Assembly: GCA_047495785.1 (NCBI GenBank)
Contig: JBLDXI010000046.1
Span: 558,001 to 622,000 of the forward strand
Direction of reading: 5' to 3'
Length of the DNA: 64,000 bases
DNA from: Lepidodermella squamata
Lineage: Eukaryota > Animalia > Gastrotricha
Shown: one piece after another, positions 1 through 10,801 of the stretch
How positions within the stretch are numbered: the stretch's first letter is position 1
Layout: every line of letters begins with the position of its first letter
Position numbers and translations under genes: made by a program
Notes under the pieces: generated by a model
Seen by the model: the letters and a program-made list of their open reading frames with translations, nothing else
Databases searched by the model: none
What the model was told of the DNA's origin: nothing

Positions 1-321
1 AAAACGAAGTTTGATGAAACCTATGCAATATGGGTAGACGCCTCATTTAGTGGTTTGTATGGCCAACTAGGGCAGTTTGAGTCGCAGATTCTGAATTTAG
101 CATTATTAAGAACCTAAGCCCCACCGATCTACCTCAAATTATCTCTTTTCTGTACAGCACTGATTTTTGCATTTTCCCGAAGTTATTGCCTCTCTGTTTT
201 TGTGTTTATTGGACCACGGTTTATTGGACACAAAACCGACATTGCCGTTAGCTAGAAGTGAGCAGTCAAAAAGCCAAAAGGCCAATAGCAAAATAGCGAC
301 ACGCCGCAGACGTTATTGAGA

Positions 322-345
322 TTTGAGGACCTTAAGGTCCTCAAA
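322..345. repeat. Perfect 24-bp palindrome centred on TTAA
   Basis: TTTGAGGACCTTAAGGTCCTCAAA is its own reverse complement; imperfect arms TTGAG/CTCAA extend it to about 316-352. Confidence 0.9.
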
Positions 346-1689
346 ACCTCAACTCATGTTCGCAATGCAATCAAAATAATATTTGGGCACACTGTCTCGG
401 TGTGTAAGGCATACATTTTAGCCGTTCTGCTATTGGGGCGCGATTAAAAAGAATTTAACGATTGAAGTATCTGCAACAGACCCAGCCGACATGATCGGTT
501 TGAATAAATAATCCCAGTCGCCAATCGCCAATCGCCAATCGTCTTATTTAATCGTTTCCTCTGAATCGTTCCCTTTTCCCGCAATCTACAGTAGCATTGA
601 GCTTGTTATCCCAATTCAACGTTATAGCAGACTTGACTAAAAAGATGAATGACCCATGAAGTTTCCAATAATTTGGAGAAAGCGCTCAAAGTGAAACTAG
701 GAATTCATGCGCGAGAAATGGAATTTTTGCTGCTGACAGAAGCCTCGTGACTATGTTATGTCCTAGAAATAAAGAATTCCGATGCTAGGTACTGTCCTCT
801 GCTCTACTCTACCTGTAGTATATTGGGTAAATAGATGAGAAATTAGTCTAGCCACAAACAGTCTTAACAGTCATAACATACAAACAGTCTTCTGAAAATT
901 TCGAAGGAACATGATTTTAGCGGCGATTTTCCATTTTCCGACAAACTCAGTGGTTATCAAAGCTTTAGAAACCTAACTCTATTCATAGTAATGCCGGTAT
1001 ATCACAAAATACTCCAGTGATTACAAAGTTTAACGGAAAAATCGCAATAAAAATGCGAATTTTGAAGTTTTATTTGAAGTCAGCTGTATTCGGCACGTTG
1101 ACGTCAAAGGTCAAGTTTCGAATTTATGGGCGGTTTTTATGTCTAAAAATACTACAATTAACAGGCTTTGAAATGAATATGGTGTTCTCGGTCGAAAAAT
1201 GCAATGGCAAAAAGTTTTACGCGCACCCCAAATTTACCACAAAAACTAGGAAAAATGCGTAAATTTCATGTTTTTTGACGCACTCGCAATTTCAGGTTAT
1301 AGCATCAAAACTATGCATCGCAGAGAAAATCGGATTGCACCAGCAGATTCCTCATGAAAAACTGCACTAGAAAATCATGAAATGTCGATTTTGACAAAAT
1401 TCACCTGTCAAGCCTTCTTTACGGTAGGACGTCAAAACAGCGAATGCGCAGAACAGCGAAACCGACATAACAGCGAAAGCGACGAAACAGCGAAAAATCC
1501 TCCCCAAAATGCTGTGTAATGTCCTATATTAAAATCGCTGTTATGTCGCAAATTAGATTTTTCGCTGTTTTGTACGGTTTTCACTTGTCGCGGCTCATCT
1601 GATTTCATGCTGGAAATGTGAAATTCAAGGATCATGAATTAGTGTGTGAAATCTCAAGCTCATGCCCAAGTTTTCACGCCTATTAATTA

Positions 1690-2597
1690 CTGGCTTGTAA
1701 TTGGTGGCCGCCGTTTCATCCGCATTATTTCAGCTTTTCGAATTAAATCAAATGCTCCCATTTCTGCTCTTCGCCGCTGATTTCGGCCGGTTTTTTAACG
1801 AAATTCAACGGTACAACGCCGAAAATTTCAATAAACGCAAGTTCTAAGGTCCAATGTCTTCTAAAATGTATTATGAAATCACCCTCGTTTGAACGTCGTC
1901 CTGTTTTCGGTTTAAAAAATAAACCTTATTACCTGTGATAAAATTCCTGTGACAATAAAAATTGCGTTTATTGAAATTATCGGCGTTGTACCGTTGAATT
2001 TCGTTAAAAAACCGGCCGAAATCAGCGGCGAAGAGCAGAAATGGGAGCATTTGATTTAATTCGAAAAGCTGAAATAATACGATGTATTCTGAAGAGTATT
2101 TGACAGCTCTAGGTTCTAGAGATGAATGGAACATCCAAACAGTGTGCGACTTTCAGGGGGAGGGGGGTGGGGGGGATCATCCCCCCCCAGCTCGGCCGGG
2201 CCAGACAACAAAATGAAAATTTATTCCACTGTTTTGTTAATTTTGGAAGGTTCCGGGGCGCGTTTCAGTGAAAAATCTCCAAAATTTTCTCGCTTCGCTC
2301 GGTTATTAGCCGAAATGACTCGTCATTTTGGCAAAAACAGCAAAAAAATTGTTTCCATCCCTGGGAGCTCGGGGATCGAAGTTCGCACCCTGCATCCAAA
2401 GACCGCAAGATCGACCCGAAGTCGACTACGACAGCTCTAACAGCAGGGAACACCTTCTTTCCTGCTTCGATTCACGAAAAATCACTCGATTTCCTACTTT
2501 AACTGCGCCGAAGAAACGAGGACCAGCTCCGAAACCGAAGCCCAGAAAGATTTCGGTGTCAAAACCGACAAAACGGCGGCCACCAATTACAAGCCAG
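1690..2597. mobile_element. Nested foldback/MITE-like element with two inverted-repeat pairs
   Basis: Perfect 27-bp IR at 1690-1716 / 2571-2597. Inner 117-bp IR at 1724-1840 / 1962-2078 with one mismatch seen. No credible coding region. Confidence 0.7.
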
Positions 2598-3183
2598 GTT
2601 CGGACGCGACAAAATGCCCCTGTTAGCAGCCTAATAGCCTGACAACAATAGATTTAGTGAACGGCGTACCGGTTTTCAAAAGCTGATCGAGTACTCGTGA
2701 GAAACATCGACAGACAGCACAAGGATGCCATCGTCAAGCTTCATAATAGAGCCGACCGAGTGCTTCGGTTAACTGCAAACTGCTAACACTGTTGATCCGT
2801 TCCCACGCTCCAAATTTAGTCAGTCAGACCTTCTACCTTCTACAATAATCAGGTTGGTGATATCGCTGATATCGTTGTTGATAGGGTTGATTCACATTTC
2901 AAAATTCACAATTCAACGATCGCTTCATCTTCATTCACTACACGCGCAACATTGATAGCCTTTTATAGTCAAATCAAAGATCAGTATCAGATATCTTGAA
3001 CATTTAATTTTATAATGCTTCAAGGTGAGCTTCAAGTTTAGCTCTATTTAAAAAACAACCAAGCCAGGAATGAAGGCGGCAGTATTTTATTGAATCAAGG
3101 CTGGCCTATCATCTCATCGTAACTTATCTCTGCTTATTACTGAATTTGCAATACTCGAGAAATTTGACTGCTGCCAAGCCGTT

Positions 3184-3557
3184 TCAATTTTTGACCCAGG
3201 CAAAGACAGTTACGCCAGATAAGGTCGCAGCCCTTTTGCCGCCAGTACAAGAATTCAACAACTCGCATCTGTTGAGAATAACGCCACGTGCCAGCGTGAA
3301 CACAATTGCCTTACATGCAGGATTCGCGTCGCACAATTTCTGGCAATGTGCCGACGCAAATTCATAAGCTGGCTTCTGAACTAGGCTGATTCTGTTCGCG
3401 TTATTATCTGATCGGCATTCACCATCAAACTGTGTGTAGTCTGCTCGGAGTAAAGGATATAATCATATCATTTATCAATTGGCAGAAAACGCATACCTGC
3501 CGCGCATAGGCCAGCAAGGATCACCACGGCGAGAACGGCTGTGAGCTTGATTGACAT
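3184..3557 (-). CDS. Small secreted single PAN/apple-domain protein (105 aa, 2 exons; absent from ORF track)
   Basis: Exon 1 (3557-3497) encodes signal peptide MSIKLTAVLAVVILAGLCAA. 56-nt GT-AG intron 3496-3441. Exon 2 (3440-3184) contains HCQKLCDANPACKAIVF...RCELLNSC, the C-x3-C-x5-C...C-x-L PAN pattern. Phases join correctly. Confidence 0.8.
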
Positions 3558-4327
3558 GGCACGGGTTAGACGAAGTTGAAGGTTGGTTGCGAAAGAAATA
3601 ATACTCCTGAAGTTAACTTGAGAATTTAGAATTGAGCGCAAGAAAATTAACCGATTTATAGGCTGTTTCGTACCGAAATAGCACCGAAAATTGTCAAAGC
3701 TAACAAAAACCCGCGCAAAAAATAATTATAAATAGCTTAGCTTTTAATAGAATTTCAAAAATAACCGAAATATTTGCTAAGCGCAAACGAGATGTAATAC
3801 AGCATTTCCAAAACCCATAGATGTTGAACCTATTTCCTACGTCGCTTTTTGCCAAGTCACTTTATCAAGACTAGGAAGTTAGATAATTAACAAATAATTC
3901 GTAATGTAAAATATTCGTCGGTGCATTCTATCATTCTTCTGCCATGCATTGTTTCAGCTGCCTTCCTTCGCGTATCTTTGTTGTGATGAATAATTTTTAG
4001 CTTTGACAATTTATATTTGGTACTCGGTTCGTGCGAAATGGCATAGAATTTTCGTGCTAATCTTTTTCGCACTTATTTAAGAAACTACACCCTCCTTACT
4101 TTCGATTCCATACGCTCGAGCTATCAATTTTGCAGCCGTCTTCGCGTTGTTGTTTTTCGTGGGTTTACTCTGCTCTTGGACTTTTTCAATAGCGACCGTT
4201 CCCGAGAAGAGCTTCGATAATTCTAACAATTCCATTAGATAGCCATAGATAAAGTATCCCTCTCTTTATTACTCGTTAAGTGGAACAATGTCATGATAAG
4301 ATGATCCAAGGTTAGTATGGCTACTCA

Positions 4328-6023
4328 TCAGCCATATGATCGAACCCTAATTGGAGAAGATAAGAACCCAGAAGTCGCACTCCGGCAGCCATCTTCATCC
4401 ATGTAACACTCGCCCGCCGCATCAGACGCGCACATTTTCACCCGGCAAGATATCGAAATCTGCGGCGGGCGGCCAGTTAACGGAATCGTAGGTAACCTCA
4501 GGAAAAACCAAACAGTCCTCGCCGTATCTTGCCCGGTAACAGTCGTCCTGGCCCATTGCATCAAGGTCCAAGCGAGTCGAGAGGCTGGGCATCTGTCTTT
4601 GATTAGTTGCGTCGAAGTAATGTTATCAAGCATTAAGGAACATTCTTCAACTCGGAATGAAGTGTAAAAAGTTTCGTTATCGCCAACTGTTAAAGTGAAA
4701 ACAATAGGATCACCAGTCTTCAGCGGCCGATCGACGGTTTGAACGGTCAATTTGTTTCGATCTCCAGTCTCCAATCCGAATTTCAGGCCAAGTGAGTTTG
4801 GTGGAACGTAGAGAACGTTTACTCGTCTTTGCTCGGCGCGGAGGAAGCTAACAGCTAGATTGGACAGGTCATTTGCGATGATAGTAGTGCGATTCGATCT
4901 TGGCCTGGGCGTGTTCAAATTGGCAGTCATTGAAGCAACGTCGGGAGTAATCAATCTTTCAGGCTCAACTCCAACAAGGTTCTTCTTCCCAAAAGAATCA
5001 ACATTTGCGAAGACGGCTGTGAACATTTCAGTTAGGACTTTGAGGATTTTTAGCTATGAAATGATGGTCTCACTTGTCTGATAGATATTTGAGATGACTA
5101 TGGTACAGCGAGCTAGGATTACGTTGTCGAAAGGGGTCATCAAATCAGGGTCGTATTGAACAACCAATTGCAGCTCGTGGTAGTCCTTGCGTGGCATAAA
5201 TATCAGTACATCGGATAATTTTGAGTAAGGAAACTTACAACACTCCTTCCACCATTCCCACCGCATTTTCGCAGTACATCGTCCAGGCTGATATTCAAGT
5301 TGTAGGACTGATCTCTGGCGGATAACGAGAAGGCGCAGGCTGGATCATCGATTTTCGCGTGAGTTTCACTATCCAGGACCCAAATTTGACCCTTGAAGCT
5401 AGTGCCGTCATTCGAATATGGGACCAGCCTTAAAGACATTTGTGACGCCGAGCAATTAAGCTGGACTGGAGGAGTACAATATTTAAAAGGTTTCCTGATA
5501 TACCCAGTAAATGCTTTACCTCGAGGTTTCTCGCAAGTTCTCCCGAAAAACGAGTAAGGGCAGTAGCAGGCGTAGGATGTCGCGTTGGAGTTGTAGCAGA
5601 ATGCATCGTCAAAATCACCACAGCCTGCCTTGCAGTTCCCGGCATTTGCAATACTGTTCGCTGAAGTAGTAAAGAGTTTCTTGGATGAAGCTCAACTTAT
5701 GAGTTTTTAAATACCTGGTATAGCACATCGATACCCGTTGTAACCATCATTGCAAGTGCAAGCCCCTGTGTCAATGTTGCAAACTCCAGTTGGGGCGCAA
5801 TCATGACCGTTTCTTCTGCAGTCATATCTAGTTGGAAAAACCTATAGATTCGGCAGGTTGATGCTTCAATGGGCCTCACGTTAAGCTCAACACTTGCGAA
5901 ACATCTTCCAAATCAGCTGCATTTGTTAATCCTATACATGAAATTTAAGATAAATCGAATTCATTGAGGCTTGGACCTACCTAATGCAATGACTGAAATA
6001 ATGAATAGCTGAACCTTTGGCAT
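4328..6023 (-). CDS. Secreted EGF-EGF-zona pellucida (ZP/cuticlin-like) domain protein, multi-exon
   Basis: Signal peptide MPKVQLFIISVIAL from ATG 6023. Two EGF exons (CAPTGVCNIDTGACTCNDGYNGYRC; CYCPYSFFGRTC). ZP-N exons (LVVQYDPDLMTPFDNVILARC) and ZP-C ORF 4328-5026 (GDPIVFTL, LIKDRCP, ISCRVKMC). Short GT-AG introns; AATAAA downstream of the stop. Confidence 0.75.
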
Positions 6024-6616
6024 GGCAAGAAAACATCAAAAGTTGAATTTTTGTTGTTGTGACTTTTCGTCGCATTTTCTCCATCATCACTGTTAATGTT
6101 AATCCGAGGATCAACACATCATGTGAAAGTTGAAAAAAGTGGAGGAGGATGAAGCACGAATTCATAAAGGCATGAATGGGCGGGTGCTAATCCAAAGCTA
6201 ATCCAATAGCACCTGGGAGTCATGTAGAATAATTTATTTAATAAAAGGTAAAGTTCGAATTCCCCTGGTGAATATTTTTATGCGAAAAGTCTTTTAGTTC
6301 AGATCCATTTTGTCCTTTTATATCATGGACATTTGCGTTGAGGGTAGTGCCCATGAGGGATCACATTCAAAGAGCTTTTCGTATCAAATTCCTTAAAACG
6401 CTATTTTCGATCGCCTGCGTCGTCATCACAGCAGCTTTGCCCAGGGCTGCATGATGAAATTCGCTGAATTTATGACGCCAGCAAGTCTCAGGCAAACCTC
6501 AAAAAGCACGATTTACTAATTTTTCAAGCCTTTGACGTAATCGTTGACCCGCAGGACGATGAGGATCCGGCTAGAAGGGGAAATAGCCATATTTTACGGA
6601 GACGATTTTTCGGGAA

Positions 6617-8824
6617 ATGCTGACCATCTTTATCTTACTACTTTCATTGAAATTGTTTGGTGTTAGCTCAAGGCAAGTCATACACGTGAATCATATGTTA
6701 TCCATTGGTGTTTTGGCTCCTGATTTCGGCAAAGCTTGTCAAGCAGCCATGCAATTGGTGTATGACACTGCTAACAACAGAAGCGACTTGCTGCCTAACT
6801 ACCGAATTTCGCCAATATTTGGAAACGAATTTTCCGGTTATCTACAACCGTCAGGACTTGTAAACTTCACGCGCCAATTCGAGCGAGATGGCTTGATTTC
6901 TCCGCTGAATTTCGCTGGGATTACTTCAGCTGGTTGTACTTACAGTGGGCGGCTCTATCATCACCTGAACTTGGTTGGTCTCGGAATTTGTAATTTACAG
7001 GAACTTGAAAATCGAGGCAGATATCCTAACCTATACCTAGCCTACTCGTCCTCAGCTAGTGTAGCCGTTTCGACTATTCAGCTAATGAAAAATATCGGGA
7101 AGTGGCGTAAAATCGCGATTTTCGGCTGGGTTTACGACAAATATTCAGTTTCAGTTTGCGAATCTGTCTATCAAGAAGCTGTTAGAAACAACGTAACTAT
7201 TGCGTATTACAACTTGCATGGCACTGTCGATGAAGAGGAAGATGTTGCTCCGATTCTGAAAGCTAAGGATGTCCGCGTCATTTTTGTACAGGATTACGGC
7301 AACAGTTTCCTTAAGTTTCTCTGCATTCTCCACGAGGACGGGATTAAAGGAGACCGTTACGTGTTTGTGGCGGATATTTTTGCCTATACCGACATTTCGA
7401 GCCTCCCGGAATCAATAGGCGACAAATGTACAAAGAAAATGATCCTTGCGCAATATCAGAACGTATTCTGGGCAGGTCAACTTATGGGCAATAAGTCAAG
7501 TTCTTTCAGAACAGCGATCGGCCATGATTCAGCGAGGTTTGATGCGATTCTTGATGAGAAATATTTGAACTACTCACGTCCTTCCGACTACGACATGCGC
7601 TATTTATGCTATGACAGCGCTCTCATGATCACGCTCGGTTTGAACGTGACAGAAGACCGACTTCGAAAGGCTAATTTGACCCTAGCTGACTACGCTAGGT
7701 ATCCTACTGAAGTGATGAAGATTGCCAATGAATCATTTGTGGGACAAAAAGTAGCAGGGCTAAGAATAGGCAGCGTCAGCTATAACGAATTCGGACTGAT
7801 TGACGATATTCTGACCATAGCCAACTGGAACAAATGGGATGGTTTCCGAACAATATTCACCATCAAGCAAATCAGTGAGGGGAAGTCTAACCGATTCGAA
7901 GTAGTCAGAGTGCAACCTTTCGATTGGATGGCTTGGGGTCGGAGAATTCCACGTGATACCAGCCCCAGCGTAACAGAAATTTCAGAGGTTCCAAATTCGT
8001 TTTTCATAACAATTTGTTGCGTAGCTTCAGGTGGGATGTTGATAACTTTGCTTGGTGGGATAAGGAATGGCATTAAAAGAAGCCTTCGAATCACAATCCA
8101 TTTAGGGCTACTCTTCTGTTATGCAGGTTCCATTGTGTTTTCGTACCCAACTCACATTTCACCATTTTTGGTAACAGTCTTGAGGATTGTCCTACCCTTC
8201 ATTGGCTTGTCCCTTGTTAACGGTTACACAGCTGTTAGCTTTCTTGCGCCGAAAAGGACGATAAAGCGGAGGTCGAGAGCTCCGTTGTCATGGATATCTT
8301 CACAGCTATCGGAAGTTCGGGCTTTGAGAAGCCAAAGGAAGAAAAAGTTTAGGCATCTGGCGATGGCATTTTGTGTCATACTTTTCTCAGTTACTATTGT
8401 CGTTTGGCTGAAGTTCGACCCTCCCCGATGCTGGAATACTGCATCCGAGCCTGATTACGATGATGAAAGAGATGCTTTGGTAACATCGATCCTTTTCTCG
8501 TGCAGCTCAGCTAGCTGGAATGGGTTGATTGCGACTCTAATGAGTTCGCAAATCTTTCTCCTGGCTGTTGGCATCTATGGATTTCTCGTTGTGAAAAGCC
8601 GCCGTTGGACTATCGAGAAGGGCAAATTCCTCACGTTCAATTTGGGCAATTCAATTGCTCTATTGCTGGGTACGACTTTGATTGCTATTACTCTCCGCGA
8701 TCAGATCAAGCAACAGATGACGATTGCCATTGGGCTACTTGTATTCGCTGTTTCGACAGAATCTGCTTGGCTGTACTTATCAAGGCTGACGATCAGTTTC
8801 GGCAGCAATCCTTCATCAACATGA
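6617..8824 (+). CDS. Intronless class C GPCR-like receptor (Venus-flytrap/ANF domain + 7TM, GABA-B-like), copy 1
   Basis: 735-aa ORF: signal peptide, periplasmic-binding-like domain (NNRSDLLPNY, YPNLY, WRKIAI, DVRVIF), seven hydrophobic segments, no Cys-rich linker. Confidence 0.85.
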   Translation: MLTIFILLLSLKLFGVSSRQVIHVNHMLSIGVLAPDFGKACQAAMQLVYDTANNRSDLLPNYRISPIFGNEFSGYLQPSGLVNFTRQFERDGLISPLNFAGITSAGCTYSGRLYHHLNLVGLGICNLQELENRGRYPNLYLAYSSSASVAVSTIQLMKNIGKWRKIAIFGWVYDKYSVSVCESVYQEAVRNNVTIAYYNLHGTVDEEEDVAPILKAKDVRVIFVQDYGNSFLKFLCILHEDGIKGDRYVFVADIFAYTDISSLPESIGDKCTKKMILAQYQNVFWAGQLMGNKSSSFRTAIGHDSARFDAILDEKYLNYSRPSDYDMRYLCYDSALMITLGLNVTEDRLRKANLTLADYARYPTEVMKIANESFVGQKVAGLRIGSVSYNEFGLIDDILTIANWNKWDGFRTIFTIKQISEGKSNRFEVVRVQPFDWMAWGRRIPRDTSPSVTEISEVPNSFFITICCVASGGMLITLLGGIRNGIKRSLRITIHLGLLFCYAGSIVFSYPTHISPFLVTVLRIVLPFIGLSLVNGYTAVSFLAPKRTIKRRSRAPLSWISSQLSEVRALRSQRKKKFRHLAMAFCVILFSVTIVVWLKFDPPRCWNTASEPDYDDERDALVTSILFSCSSASWNGLIATLMSSQIFLLAVGIYGFLVVKSRRWTIEKGKFLTFNLGNSIALLLGTTLIAITLRDQIKQQMTIAIGLLVFAVSTESAWLYLSRLTISFGSNPSST

Positions 8825-9037
8825 GTAAATAGATTGAAAGTTGTGTCAGATCAGTATCGTGGATTAACTCCTGAGTGTGGAAGCGTAATCCTCTCAATTG
8901 AAGACTGAGCTTTCGCATTTGTAGTCTTAAGGGATGAATCAGGTCACATTTTATGTATGACACCTGTTGATGCGCAATCTATAACATGGACCGCCCTCAT
9001 TATATTTGAATCTTTTTATTTACAATTGTGACCTGAA

Positions 9038-10786
9038 TTATCCGAAAATATTCAATTTTACGACATAAATAACAATCAAAGTGAGATAGAAGCTTAGGCT
9101 AAAGCAAAACATGGCAAGGTCAAGTGCCCGTAAAACATCAAGCGAGCAACGCCCGAAAAACAATACCAATCTGCCCTGTAACGCAGGATAATGCTTTTTC
9201 AAATTTGCTAGGAAATTAGCCAGAAAGAAGTACACAGAAATAATCGATGTGAGTACCGATTTCAGGAGTAGGTAGTCGATAACATGAATTCGCTGCGGGG
9301 TGTGAGGAGCACGCCGTCCTACTTCGTTCTGCGTTACGATGAAGGCTAGCAATACAGTCACAGCTATACTCGGTCTTTCATTTCTACGCGTTGGAATAAC
9401 AAATGAGGCGAGTACAATTACGATCAGCGTCTGACATGGGGCAACTATTGACAACATGTAGCCACGAGAATTTCTAATGAATTCTAGGCGGAATAGGGCG
9501 TAGCCCGACATTGAACCTTGAACTATGCTAGACTCAGCGAATCCCGGAATATTCACAGACGTAGCCAGTCGCCACTCAGAATCAACATCTGTAAGCGGCT
9601 CTAGCAAAACAACATTCGAAAATGTCACAAACGTTGCTGGCTCACGAATTATGAAGAAAAAATCGCACATTTGGCGATCAAACGGGAAAAGCTGTAAATC
9701 GATCGCGCATTTCGAGTTAAACACGTTGTACCTCGTCCAATAGAAGTATAGGGTCCTATTCGGTGAATGTGGGTAGTATTGAAGTTGGATATCACTGCCA
9801 GTTAGCAGTGCACTCTTTTGGATGTAAATATCGTCTGTGCTGTTCAACATGAGCATTTTCGGGTGCCAAACTAGTGAAGAATTTGTTACAAGGACCCGCT
9901 CAACCGGGCTAGCCGTTGGGGCGCAGAATTCCTTGGCGCAAACTGTTGATTTCCATTTCAGATGAGACACTCCTGATACTGAAATTGTCTGGTCTAAATC
10001 GTCTAAATCATTGATTGCGTCCATTTGAAACGTGAATGCTACTTTGGTTGGGAGTGATTCTTGGGCAGATCTAGACTTTGGTTGAATGTAGGGACAATGT
10101 AGAATATCGAGTAAGGAAACTGATGGAATAGCCGCACCTTGAACGAGATCAGGAAAGTTGTCATCATCATCATCATCATCATCATTCGGTTTCGTAGAAG
10201 AATTTTGAGAAGGAGCAAGGGTATTATTGAATGGCGGTAGGGTTACCTCGTGACTTGAAAGGTTCTCACTTTGAACATTGGATGCATTGGATTTGGTTTG
10301 GCTGGTTGTAGTAGGCTTGAATGTCGTAGTCAGAGGACTAGAAGTTGGACTGAATGTTGAAGTTAAGTTATCAGACTTCGTGAACATGTTACTAGGCATC
10401 CAAATATCATAAACAAGTAACTGGGTTGGAAAAACCGGGTAATTGTTGTACATCCTACTGACCATTCCCATCTGAACAGTCATGCCATCTTCCAAAAGTG
10501 AACCAAAGCCAGAGGCATTGAAGTTACTGAAACAGACAACAGGTTGATTGCTGTCATTTGGAGTTATGGTGATCAATAGCTGGTCCGACATCACTTGAAT
10601 TACTATCGTGACTCCAGATTGGAGTTGGCCTATTGAAATCGCACATTTTGGACAATGAACCTGGCAACACTGCGCTGTTAGATTGATGCTATCTGTCGGG
10701 AGAGGAGCGAAAACTGGAAATATATTCACAGAGCTCGTGTTTTTTATCGTTACAGCTACAACCAGAGCAGGTCTTTTTTCACCCAC
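9038..10786 (-). CDS. 3' exon of Cys-loop pentameric ligand-gated ion channel (cation-type M2) with N-terminal extension
   Basis: Cys-loop CAIDLQLFPFDRQMC, WHPKML, four TM helices, NERPSIAVTVLLAF at M2. The ORF has no initiating ATG or signal peptide and abuts the element end at 10802. Ser/Thr-rich linker and (GAT)n poly-Asp tract. Confidence 0.85.
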   Translation of the reverse strand: MGEKRPALVVAVTIKNTSSVNIFPVFAPLPTDSINLTAQCCQVHCPKCAISIGQLQSGVTIVIQVMSDQLLITITPNDSNQPVVCFSNFNASGFGSLLEDGMTVQMGMVSRMYNNYPVFPTQLLVYDIWMPSNMFTKSDNLTSTFSPTSSPLTTTFKPTTTSQTKSNASNVQSENLSSHEVTLPPFNNTLAPSQNSSTKPNDDDDDDDDNFPDLVQGAAIPSVSLLDILHCPYIQPKSRSAQESLPTKVAFTFQMDAINDLDDLDQTISVSGVSHLKWKSTVCAKEFCAPTASPVERVLVTNSSLVWHPKMLMLNSTDDIYIQKSALLTGSDIQLQYYPHSPNRTLYFYWTRYNVFNSKCAIDLQLFPFDRQMCDFFFIIREPATFVTFSNVVLLEPLTDVDSEWRLATSVNIPGFAESSIVQGSMSGYALFRLEFIRNSRGYMLSIVAPCQTLIVIVLASFVIPTRRNERPSIAVTVLLAFIVTQNEVGRRAPHTPQRIHVIDYLLLKSVLTSIISVYFFLANFLANLKKHYPALQGRLVLFFGRCSLDVLRALDLAMFCFSLSFYLTLIVIYVVKLNIFG

Positions 10787-10801
10787 TTCCGTTCCATTCG
10801 A

